IMG/VR virus record: IMGVR_UViG_3300031999_000017
Span: 1 to 62,651 of that record
Source: a virus
Taxonomy: Duplodnaviria; Caudoviricetes
Length of the DNA stretch: 62,651 nt
Reading direction: 5' to 3' (one strand)
Of the stretch, positions 29,338 through 40,800 are shown in pieces. How positions within the stretch are numbered: the stretch's first letter is position 1; every line of letters begins with the position of its first letter. The translations under genes were made by a program, and so were the position numbers. Below the pieces are notes generated by a model. The model ran no database searches. It saw only the letters and a program-made list of their open reading frames with translations, and was not told where the DNA came from.

Positions 29338-29802
29338 ATGGAAAACGAAACAAAAGACATGATTGAAAAAATAGACGAGTTGGAGGTTGTTATGGCCGAA
29401 AACTTCCCTATTGTAAATTGTCCTTTGACACACAGGTTTACAGACGGATTGTATGTAAGAGAAATATTTATGCCTGCTGGAACTTTAATTACAAGTAAAA
29501 TACACAAAACACAGCATCAGTATTTTATATTAAAGGGCGCAGTTTCTGTATGGATTGATGAAGGAGAAGAAGTTTATTTGGAAGCTCCGTATATTGGAAT
29601 TACAGAGCCGGGAACAAGAAGGGTTTTATATATATGGGAAGATTGCATTTGGGCCACATCACACCCAAATCCAGACAACGAAACAATTGAAGAAATAGAA
29701 GAAAGGATAATAGAAAAGCACGATAATCCTTTGTTGCCAACTGAACTAAAAGAAAAATTAAAAGAAATAAATTCATTTATCTCTAAAACAATAACATCAT
29801 GA
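29338..29802 (+). CDS. Cupin-fold protein preceding the ejection genes
   Basis: HRFTDGLYVREIFMPAG..SKIHKTQH..G..V..APY...PGTRR..EDCIWATSH. Confidence 0.75.
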   Translation: MENETKDMIEKIDELEVVMAENFPIVNCPLTHRFTDGLYVREIFMPAGTLITSKIHKTQHQYFILKGAVSVWIDEGEEVYLEAPYIGITEPGTRRVLYIWEDCIWATSHPNPDNETIEEIEERIIEKHDNPLLPTELKEKLKEINSFISKTITS

Positions 29803-30413
29803 GTTACGTATCAATGGGGGTAGGCGCTGGCCTCTCGTTATATCAAATAATAAAGGGTGCAGGAGAAAAAAAAGCTGCATTAAAACAAAAAAATGCTTTA
29901 ATGGCAAACATGCCTAAGTATCAAGGCAGCCAAGAGCTAGATTCTTTATATCAACAAGAGAAAGCAGCCGCAGCTACACCCGCTCAAGATACCGCTCAAT
30001 TTAAAATGGGAGAGCAACAATCTCAAAGAAATTTAGCTACAGGCCTTGGCGCTGCCGGCGCTGCTGGAACATTAAGCCAAGGTATGGTATCTAGGTTAGT
30101 ACAAGGCACTAATGATGCTTCTATGAGAAACCTAGTTGCAGCCCAAAATTTAAAGGAACAGCGTATGGGCAGACTTGGCGGATTGGTGAGCCAAAAGGCA
30201 GCAGAAGGTATGCGTAAATTTCAGATAAATCAACAACAGCCATGGGAGCTTCAGTTTTCAGACGCAATGGCACAAGGCACAGCTGGATCGCAAGCTCAAC
30301 AGATGGGATTCCAAAACTTCTCAAGTCAATTGGGACAATTTGGAGCTATACAAGGATCTAAAGATTATTTAAAACAATATGCTAAGATGAAAAAGAATGG
30401 AGATTTTGGATAG
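29799..30413 (+). CDS. Ejection / internal virion protein 1
   Basis: Gly/Ala/Gln-rich with hydrophobic N-terminus; gene order. Confidence 0.65.
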   Translation: MSYVSMGVGAGLSLYQIIKGAGEKKAALKQKNALMANMPKYQGSQELDSLYQQEKAAAATPAQDTAQFKMGEQQSQRNLATGLGAAGAAGTLSQGMVSRLVQGTNDASMRNLVAAQNLKEQRMGRLGGLVSQKAAEGMRKFQINQQQPWELQFSDAMAQGTAGSQAQQMGFQNFSSQLGQFGAIQGSKDYLKQYAKMKKNGDFG

Positions 30414-30460
30414 TATTATTTTATATCCAAATGCAAACTAACAAATCAAATCAGTAAAAC

Positions 30461-31855
30461 ATGCAACAAGTACAGCCCGGATTTTATGGTGGAGACGCTT
30501 TTAGGATAGATACATCTGCTGCCACCAATTATTATTTAAAAAGACAAGCTCAACAACAGGCGAAGGAAGCTGCATTAGATAAATATTATAAAGGCTTAGT
30601 TTCTAGCGCAACACCTACGGGAATGAGAGGGCAAGAGATACCTGCATTTCAAGCCGCCTTAGCTGATTATAGAACATTTTATACCGAAAATTCTTCTAAA
30701 ATAGCCAGTGGAATGTTTCCGGAATTAGCTTTAGAAGCAGAAAGAAAAGCAGCCGTTCCAGCTATGATAGCCGCCCAAAGCAAAAACAATTTTTCAAGAG
30801 ATAAAAATATTGGAGTAATAAGAGGCTCTCAGCCAGAAACGGCTAAAAGATGGACACAAAATACTTGGAACACTTATCAGAAATCTACAAAGGCGCAATA
30901 CTTACCAGATCCATCTGGCAAAGGGGTTATAGAAAATCCAGAATATTCGGATTTTGATCCAATGGCAATAGTTCTTAATCCAAAAGAAGTTGATTTGAAT
31001 AAGCAATGGGCAGACACCGGTAAAGATATTGAAAGAGTAGAAACTACTATAGACGAGCCAGATGATTTAGATCCAAGGTTTTATACTAAAAGAACAGTAA
31101 AAACAACTCCAACGCCCGGAGGCCTAGGCTCGGTTGCAATAAAAGCAGATTCCCAATGGAATGATGAAACTGAATTTACTTTTGGCAAATACCTAGATAA
31201 AACATTTGAGCAATATTCAAAAGATAACCCGGCAAAAGTAAAAGAATTTCAAGTGTCGTACAATAAAGTTTATCCAAATAAACCCATTGAAAACGATAAA
31301 GATTTGTATATTGCCATGGCAATTAATTTAGCAGATAAAGACGAGCCAAAACCAACGCAAAGAATTAGAGATGACAAGAAATGGGCAGATTACAATAGAT
31401 CTCAAAATATATCTGCTTCTAAAGAGATTGCAAAATACAATCATGCTTTGTCTAATGCGCCTCAAATTAAAAGCGATAATAACGTAAGGACGTATTTTGA
31501 AGATATACCAGACGGAACTTATACGACAACAAGCGGAGCTAGTGTTACAAAAAAAGGAGACAGATGGGTAGACGCAAGCGGCAAGGCATTAACAACAACT
31601 GGCGAAAATACTGTAAAGATAAACAAAGCGAGCTTGCCCACCCAGTTTCAAAAAAATGCACAAGGACGGGCTCAAAGTGCAGTTGATTATATGGATTTGC
31701 ATGTTAACAATGGGGTGGCATCTGGAGGATATAATGAATTTACGAATTTAGTAACAAGAAAAGTGGCAGTAGGCGAAGCGTTAAAGGGAACAAAACAAAA
31801 AGCCTCAGTAACACAGATGGGCGCAGTAGTAGAAACTGATGATTTAGGTTTTTAA
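30461..31855 (+). CDS. Ejection / internal virion protein 2
   Basis: Position before the giant cargo gene. Confidence 0.6.
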   Translation: MQQVQPGFYGGDAFRIDTSAATNYYLKRQAQQQAKEAALDKYYKGLVSSATPTGMRGQEIPAFQAALADYRTFYTENSSKIASGMFPELALEAERKAAVPAMIAAQSKNNFSRDKNIGVIRGSQPETAKRWTQNTWNTYQKSTKAQYLPDPSGKGVIENPEYSDFDPMAIVLNPKEVDLNKQWADTGKDIERVETTIDEPDDLDPRFYTKRTVKTTPTPGGLGSVAIKADSQWNDETEFTFGKYLDKTFEQYSKDNPAKVKEFQVSYNKVYPNKPIENDKDLYIAMAINLADKDEPKPTQRIRDDKKWADYNRSQNISASKEIAKYNHALSNAPQIKSDNNVRTYFEDIPDGTYTTTSGASVTKKGDRWVDASGKALTTTGENTVKINKASLPTQFQKNAQGRAQSAVDYMDLHVNNGVASGGYNEFTNLVTRKVAVGEALKGTKQKASVTQMGAVVETDDLGF

Positions 31856-31867
31856 TTAAAATATCAA

Positions 31868-34800
31868 ATGACAAACGAACAACCAATCCAAGAAACCGAA
31901 GTAATACAAACGCCAACCCAAACCGAAGCCATTACCGAGGTATTGGTTGATCCAATATATAAACATAAAGACGGTAGAATATTTACCAAAAACCAGTTAA
32001 TGACCAAGATGGGATTAACTGAAGATAGAATTAAAGATGGCATATCTAAAGGCATGATCACCCAAGTAGGAGACACTGACGATCCTACCCAGCAATTTAA
32101 GCATAAAGACGGCAGGATTTTTTCTATGAAAGAGTTTGCGGCCCAAGGTGTTACTAAAGACAGAGTAGCAAGTGGGATAGAGAAAGGAATGATAGTGCCA
32201 ATTGAAAAAAAAAATCAAGTCGCTACTACAAAACCGCCTTTGGAAACGCAAAAGCCAGAGCCGCCAGTTTCTACAACTGGTGCTGCGGCTGGCGCATCAG
32301 TATCTACCACACCTCCAGCAGAAGAAAAACCAGTTGAAACCCCAGTAGCAACTACTCCGCCACCAACACCGGCGGTAGCGCCCCCACCAGTAGAAGAATC
32401 TAAGGTAGACTTTAGTGTTGCTCCAGCAGAAAAGCCAGCAGGCATAGCTCAATTACAAGGGCCAATAGAGCCAGTACAATCTAACATAGCAGTTAAAAAT
32501 ACAGATGGGCAAGACCAGTTTGCAATAATAACAAATCCTCAAGCGCCATTACCTTCTAAAGAAGAAGCTGAAAATTATTTTAATGCGCCTAGCAAAATTT
32601 CAGATGTCAATGTTTTTGATAATGCCGCTGAATACAACAAACTTAAAAATGCAAAGACAACCAAAATAGTATCAAGCGCAGGCGGAGGATATGAAACTGA
32701 AACACCAGATGAAGCGGCAGTAAAAAAAGCAAATCAAATACAACAAGAAGGATTAGATAAAAAAATAGACTACGACAAGGTAGTTAAAATAGGGAAACAA
32801 ATAGACGAATACTATACCGATCCAGAGGAAAATAAAAAACAAAAACAAGATTTAAGCAACCTGCTTTTATCTGGAAATAAAAACCAATTTGATTATTATG
32901 CTTCTCAAATAGCATTTAACAATGAGCTTAAAAAAGGTTTATTAGGGCACTTTAATACAGATGAAACACAAAGAATAATTGGCAACATAGTAATACCGTA
33001 TCAAAAATTATTTGAAACCACAACAAGAACAGGCCCTAATGGAGAACAAGTAATAGTTGCTGCCCAAGGAGATAAAATACCCGGTATTCAACAGGTATAT
33101 AATAATTTAAAAAATACACTTGAAATTCAAAATATTGAAAACAAAGAAGAAATATTAGATAATTTTAGAGTGATAGCTGCAAGAGATATTGCTTTTCAAG
33201 CAATAAATCATCCAGAATATGTGGAAGCCGATTCGTTAGCGAGTACAGGTCTTGATGAAAATCAGATAATAGGAATGAGGTATGTATCATCTGTAGTTCC
33301 AGAGGAAATCGGAAAATATAGAGCAGCATTAATACCAGACGAAGATATAAAAGACAATTGGCAAGCTCAAACCGCAAAGCAACAAGCATTAAAATCGTTA
33401 AGTCAAATAGGAATAAATATAGTTTCTCCGCTTTTAAACGAGACATTGCAAGACGAAATAAAAAATTACAATTTTAATGTAAACGGATTAAATAAAAATT
33501 ATTTTTACGACCAAAATCCAGAAGATTTAAAAAGCTTTGTAACTGCTTTAAATGATCAAGCTAATAGTATAGATAAGCTTTCTAAATTATCAGAAAGATT
33601 AAATACGGATTACAACAATCTTAATGATGATTCAAAATATGGTTATGCTAATTATTATGAAAGACAAGGGCTGCTTCAAGAATTAACTGGACAAAAGCAT
33701 GGATTTATAACACAGCCTTTATTAAAACTAGGCGGAGCTATATACAATACAATAGCGACAGGAATTGATATAGCTAAAAGGCCATTCTTATCTGATAGAG
33801 ATAATGAAGTAAACATGGCTACTATCATGGGTAAAAATATCGTTTTGGAAAACGAACTAAAAGTAACCCAGAAAAATCAAATGGAGAAAATGCCATACGC
33901 AATGACACCAGAATTTGAAGCTGCGTACAATGGCATAATGAACAATAAAAACTTATCCGATCAAGATAAAGAAAACAAAGTTTACGACCTTATAGTAGAC
34001 AATCCAGACGGAATACAAATAAATCCAAAAGGCAAAGAAAGCAATTTAACTCTTGGCTCTTTATGGTATGGAATGACAAACTTGGCTGCTGATTTAGCAC
34101 CATACTTAGCAATTGAAGCGCTAACCGGAGGTACAGCTACTGGAGGCGTAGCCCCATCCATGCTAAGAAAATTTAGTAGCTCATTTATTGCTGCGTTTAC
34201 TACTGGCTTTCATCAATCTTATTTAGACGCTATAAGCAGAGGCAGCCAAAATCCGTATGCAGACGCTATGAGGTCTGCTACTATTAGTTCCCTTGCAATG
34301 GCTACCGCCGGCACTCCAGATATAATGAGGAAAATTATAGGCACTAAGTCTGTTGTTGGTAAGATGATAAACAAAATGACCGACAAAGAAATTTTGCAAG
34401 TATTGAGAACAGAGCCAAAAGCTTTGAGTATGTTTAAAAAAGCATACAACTTTAGTGGCAAGGTAGCCGAAGCCACATGGGAGGGCTTTAAGGGGGGTAG
34501 TAAAATGGTTGCATTAACAACTGCCGCACAAGCTATAAACGATGAAATGTATGGAGATGTAAGAAGTTTAAAAGAATACGTAGATGGCGGAAAATTAGAA
34601 GTATTGAAATTTACTTTATTTGGAGGTATTACCGGAGGACTTACAAGAGGTTTTACCGAGAAATACGGAGATTTAACTAAGTCTGTAATGTTTGAAGCAG
34701 GAGCAAATCCAAAAGAATTTTTAGAAGTTCTTGATTTAAAAATAAAGAACAACGAAATAAGCAAAATAGATGCAGACCAAATAAGAAATAATATTGAATT

Positions 34801-37800
34801 AGCCAGCAAGCTTTACAAATCAACATATTTTGGAGATTCAAAAGGCAAGCCATTGGATGATGCTTCCAGCAGAGAACTTTTGTTTTTAAAAATGCAAGAA
34901 GCAGATATAGAAAAAATAATTACAGACAGGATTCCGGAAGAGCTTGAAAAAAAATTAACCAATCGTCTTTTAAACATTAAAGAAAAAATAAACGATTTAC
35001 GCGATGGAATAGAAGCACCAGAAAGAAAATATAGAAGCATTGATGTATTAACTCAAGGAGATATTATTGCAGGAGATATAATAAAAAACAAAGAAGGTAT
35101 TGCCGGAGAGGTGCTTCAAGTAAACGACAATAAAACTGTTGTTATAAAAGACATTCAAACAGGCGAAAAGTTTTTATGGAAACCAGAAGATATAGCAGTT
35201 AAAGCGCCAGAGCCAGTAGCTAAAACAATCCCAACATTTGGGCCTCCAACTCCTAGACCAACAACTCCTGCACCAACAACTAAACAAGAAGAGATTGTAG
35301 CCCCAGAGCCAGATAGTAATATCATGGTTGGAGATTTAATAGACAAAGCCGGAAGCTATAATGGCAAAAAGGGGGTATTTTATTTAGATGGACAAACTGT
35401 TGTATTTAAAGAAGAAGGAACAAGCAAAGAATACGACCTTGGTTACATCAATGATATAAAAGATACGCCAATAAATCAATATGGTATTCAGCATGAAGAA
35501 TCAGTTGTAAGCGCTAATGAAGATGGAACATTTACTATAAGAGGCAATACTTTAAGAAATGGATATTCTGATCCAATGCAAGCGATAAATAGAGACGCAG
35601 AAGGAAACATAATGAGCGTTACTCTTGATATGCCTAATGGCACAAAAAGAACATTTAGAGGTAATGTAGCCGAAGATTTGGCTTACCAAATTCATTTAAA
35701 AGAAATAACTAAAGACAATGCAACAGCCGCAGAATTTGAACAATTCATCAATGAGCCAGAACAACAACAGCAAGTTAACATTACAGCAGTTCCAGAAGCT
35801 ACCGCGGAAGGTACAGTTGCAGTTAATGAGACAGTTCAACGAGAGACGCTCCAGCCAACAGTCCCAGCAACCACAGAGCCAATCATCACAGGTGTAGAAG
35901 AAACCGAGTTGATAAGACAAGCAGAGCCAGATGCGCGTAGAATGGTAGATATAGAGCGTGAATTTGAAAATAGAGGCTATACCATAGATACCATTGAGGA
36001 TAATGGAATACAAATAATGGACAAAGATGGCGAGCAAGTAGAAGGGCCAGAAGATTTACCTAAAGAATTAAGAGGCCTTGCCGCAGAATACGAAGCACTT
36101 ACAGCCAAGCTTGGTGATGTTAGCGATGTAGCAAGAGAGAAAGCATTGATAGAAGCAAGAAAAGTTACAGAGGTAGAAGCCGAGGTAGTTGAGCCAGAAA
36201 CAAAGCAAATAGAAAGAGTTACAGAAACTAGACAAATAGAAGTTCCTAAAGTAAATGAAGTACACGTTACCAGAAACACAGTTAATCCTATAGGAGTTCA
36301 AGGCGGTAACATATCTTCGCTTCATGAAGATTCAAGATATATAGGAACAGATTTAAGACAAGAATATCCAGAATTATTAAAATATAATGATGGTAATCTT
36401 GATACTGCATCCGCGGCAGATTTGTGGAAATTGGCACAATTAGACCATCCAAACGAATACGGTTTTTCGGTAAGCAGAGGCGCAATGCAACATGAATTTG
36501 AAACAAGAGGCGAGCAAATATTTAAAGAACTTGGATTCCCAACTAATCCAGATGCGCTTTACAAAGCAACATATAAAGGTAAAATTGAAAAATTATCCGA
36601 CATCTTAGATCATGATAATTGGTGGTGGAGCGTTGCCGACCATGCTGATCCTGTTTATGATTACAACAAAGAATTAGCTTCAAAAGAAGCCGAAATAAAA
36701 CAAAAAGAAACAGAATTAAGCAGCATTACTAAAAAGAAAGACAAGGACAAAGCAAATAGGTTAAAATGGGATATTGAAGATTTGCAAAAAGAAGTTGAAT
36801 TATTAAAAGAAGGAATAGCAAAAGGAATTTCAAGACCTATGGGAGATATGCCAACTTCAAAACAAGTTGAACTTCCTAAGTACACAAAAACAGCAGACAA
36901 ATCAAAAAATCCTAAATCCCCCAATGAGGTAAAATGGCTGCCTCAATTTGAAAATAGATACGGTACAACAGAGGTTGAAACAAGATCATTTGACAACATA
37001 CAAGTTACAATAGAAGGATCTGAAGATAGTGGATATAAAATAAGCGCAAATGTTCTTAATGAGCATGGCAGAGTTGTAATTCGCCATAGATATGTAAGCA
37101 AAAAGAAATACAAAACAATTGAAGAGGCTAAAAGCGACACAGTTAGATATGTTAATGAAATAATAGAAAAATCTGAACGAGAAGATAGGCAAGATATAGA
37201 AATGGAACAACTGCAAGATAGGTTGCCAAAAGGATATACTTTTGAACGAGATTATGATTATGATAAAGACGAGTATGAGTACGAATTGTCTAAAGATGGC
37301 GAAATTATTTTTACAGTAGAAACTCCAAAAGAAGCAGAAAATAAAATTAATAATAAAGAGTATGATGCAAAACAATTTGGAGAAATAAAACTAGGTGAGG
37401 CAAAAGAAATAAAAGAAAAAACAACAGAAACTCAAAGAGTATTTACAGCAGCGGAATTAAAAGAAAATCCAGATGTTCTTAAAGAAAATCCAGAATGGTA
37501 CACGGTAGGCTATCCAAATAGCTTTGTGGGTATGTCAACTAATTTAGCTGGATTGCAAGGCGAAGGATTTAATGATCCAAAAGTAGGGGACGTTGTTACT
37601 TTTTCTGGAAAAGAATACGTAGTAAGAGATATAGAAACTGGGAAAAAAGATCCATATAAAACAAGCGTTTCTTTGTTAAGAGTAGATAAAGAAGGAAACA
37701 TACTACGTCAAAAAGATTTAAGTCAAAAAGAACAAAAAGAAATTGCATCTACAGAAGAAGAGCCGACAGAAATAGAAGCTGGGGATGAAATAGAATTTAA

Positions 37801-40800
37801 AACAGCGCAACAAAATACAACAAAAGGTATAAAAGTAGAGATACCGGGCCTTGAAGGACTTGATACTATATTAGTACAAGACGGAATGACTTATGAAGTA
37901 TATGAATTAACTACAGGCATGAAGTTGGCTGATACCGAAAACGCAATGTCTCCGGCTGAAGCAGTAAAGACAATAGCAAACAACATTCCTTCTGGAATGG
38001 CAGAAAAGATATTGAATAAAATATATCAAAGCGAAGAAGTAAATAGATATAAGATTGCAGGAGAAAAACCCGGAATAGCTATAATGAATGAAAGCCCTGC
38101 ATATAAAGCTTTTAGAGAACAAAAAATAGCAGAGGAAGAAAATAGACCATTTCTTCTTGATGAAAAAACAAGAAACGAGTTTTTAAATTTAGCAGAGCAA
38201 GCAAAAAGTGAAGGTCTTGATATTGCAGAAAAATCTTTAATTACTTTAGCTAATACAAGACAAGGCGCAATAGCAGAAACTCCATATACAATTGAAAGAG
38301 CAAAAGAATTATTAGAGAATTATAGAAAAAAGAAAGATTTAGAAGAAAGGAGATTACAAAATATTCCATATCCAGAAAAAGATATAGAAAAAAGAGAAAT
38401 AACCGAAGATGCACTAATTAGAGCAATGCAGCAAGGTTATAAAAGAGATAGATGGAATAAGCTGCCGGAAGAAATTAAAAAAGCAGCATTAGAGGCATGG
38501 AGAAAAGAGGCTGCTATTTATAATAAATACGGATATTATCCAAGCACATTTACTGGAGGCGAAACTTTTTTTGGAACTACGCTTACTTTAGGCAGGTATA
38601 TTGGAGCAACATTATCAAAAGACGCAAGCAAAAGAGAAGGAAAAATAAAAGAGGACTTGCGAATAATGCAAGAAAACTTCAAGCGCATAGACGAAATCTA
38701 TAAGCAAGAAGGATTTGATGTACTTAAAGCTCCAGAAGGACAAACCGCTAAGCCATTAACTATAACAGAGCCGGAGATACCAGTTGAAGCACAAAATGCA
38801 TTTAATAGAATTAAAAATAGACAAAAGAAGGCAGCAGCGCCGATAGAAACAGAAGAAGCAATAAAAGTAAATGATGAAGAAAAAATATTAACTCTTAAAG
38901 AAAAGAATAAAATAACTACAACAATAAATGAGCTAGAATTTGCAGACGATAACGGCAATACTAGGCATAGTGAATTAGTTAATACTATAAAATTATTAAA
39001 GAATCAAAATGAAATAAATAAATTACAAAAGCGTGAAAATTTCACTACAACAGAATTAATTACTCATTTATATTCAGATTTAATAGCCATACCTAAAGAA
39101 AACAGAACTAAAGAACATAATAACTTTATTAAAAAGGTTAATGAAATAGTAAGTTCTGAACAAGCAAAAACAGAAGTAGTAAATTTTGCTCCTTTTGATG
39201 CTGCCGGTGATTTAGCAGAAAACATAAAAAAATTATCTAGCACAGAACTTCCCCAACAAAAAACAATAGAACAACTAAGAGCAGATGAACAAGCAGAGTA
39301 CGATGCAATGCCCGATCCAAATGATAAAGTAGAGCGAAAAAGAATTTACGACAAGTACGATGAACTTATTACTCCTTTATTAAAAGAAACGCCAATAACA
39401 GAAACCACTTCCCCCGCTGTGGAACAGTCGCAAGCAGATTATTTTAAAGATCTAATTAAAGAAGAGAAGCAACAAAATAAAGAATTAAGAAAAAAATTTA
39501 ATGAACCCGACACTCTAGAGGTTGGAGATGTTGTTGTTGATAATGCAAATGGTCGGGGTGGCTACGAAAATAGAGTGATTAGAAATGTAATTAAAAATGA
39601 AAATGGAAGCTATAGAATAGTTTGGCAAAAAACCGATAATTACAAAAAAGGGGATGCGGGTATTTATGAAACTGTAATGACTAAAATGACTATTGGTAGT
39701 GAGCGCACTGGGTTTAATACTTTATGGTCAATGTCTGATGCCAAAGCGCATAATGAATCATTACCAGAAATACCAAAAGAAAAAAGAATTGGCTATATAA
39801 AAGAACCATATTTAGCCAAAATAAAAGCAGAAAGCAAACAAGCAGTTTTATCATCAGACGTAAGAACAACACCAGCAAAAAGTCTAAGCTTAGATGAACA
39901 AAGATTTCAAAATAGAAACGATGTAACTGGCAAGACATTGTTAGTTTCTGATATGATTTCTAACAGAGAAAAAAACCCGGAATCTTTTGATAGAGTAGAA
40001 ACCATTGCTAATAACTGGAAGAGCGCAGAGCAAGATCCAATACATGTATGGACTGATCCTAAAGATGGCAAGACCTATGTGTTAAGTGGACACCATAGGT
40101 ATGCAGCAGCTTTAAAAGCCGGCATCAAAGACGTAAAGACAATAGATAGAACAAAAGATTTTACAGAAGCCCAAGCGATAAAGTTTGCTAGAGAAGAGGC
40201 CAATACAAACAGAGCAATGGAAACTCCATTGGAAAGAGCAAAGGCATTAAGAATTAAAAGAGAAAGAGGTGATAGCAAAGAAGAAATTAATAAGTTTTTA
40301 TCTGCTGAAGGCAAAAACGCCAGTTACATAAACAATCTTTCTTCATTAAGCCCTAACGGCAAAACTATGAAAATGGTTGAGCAGTTCGGCAGTTCACCAG
40401 ATAAACAAACTCAAAAAGAATCAGAACAAAGAGCAGACTGGATAGGGGAAGCAAGAAGAACAATAGCTGGACTTACAGATGCGCATGAAAACGAAATGTT
40501 TGACTTTTTATTTGACAAAAACAAATCAAAAAGAGTAACAACAAAAGCCGATTTTTTACAAAAGGTAAGAGCATCAGTAAAACCATTAACACCCGAAGAA
40601 CCATTAAACATATCTCGCTTTGAATATAAAACACAAGGCGAAAGTGTTTATGAAGAAGAAGTAAATAGCATAAAGGATCAATTAGCCGAACGTCAAAACA
40701 AAATAAACGAAATAAACGGAAGGTTTAATAATCCAAATGCAAAAGATTATATATCTACTGAAAGCGCAAATTATGCAGAAGCAAGAAAAGTAGCAGATGC

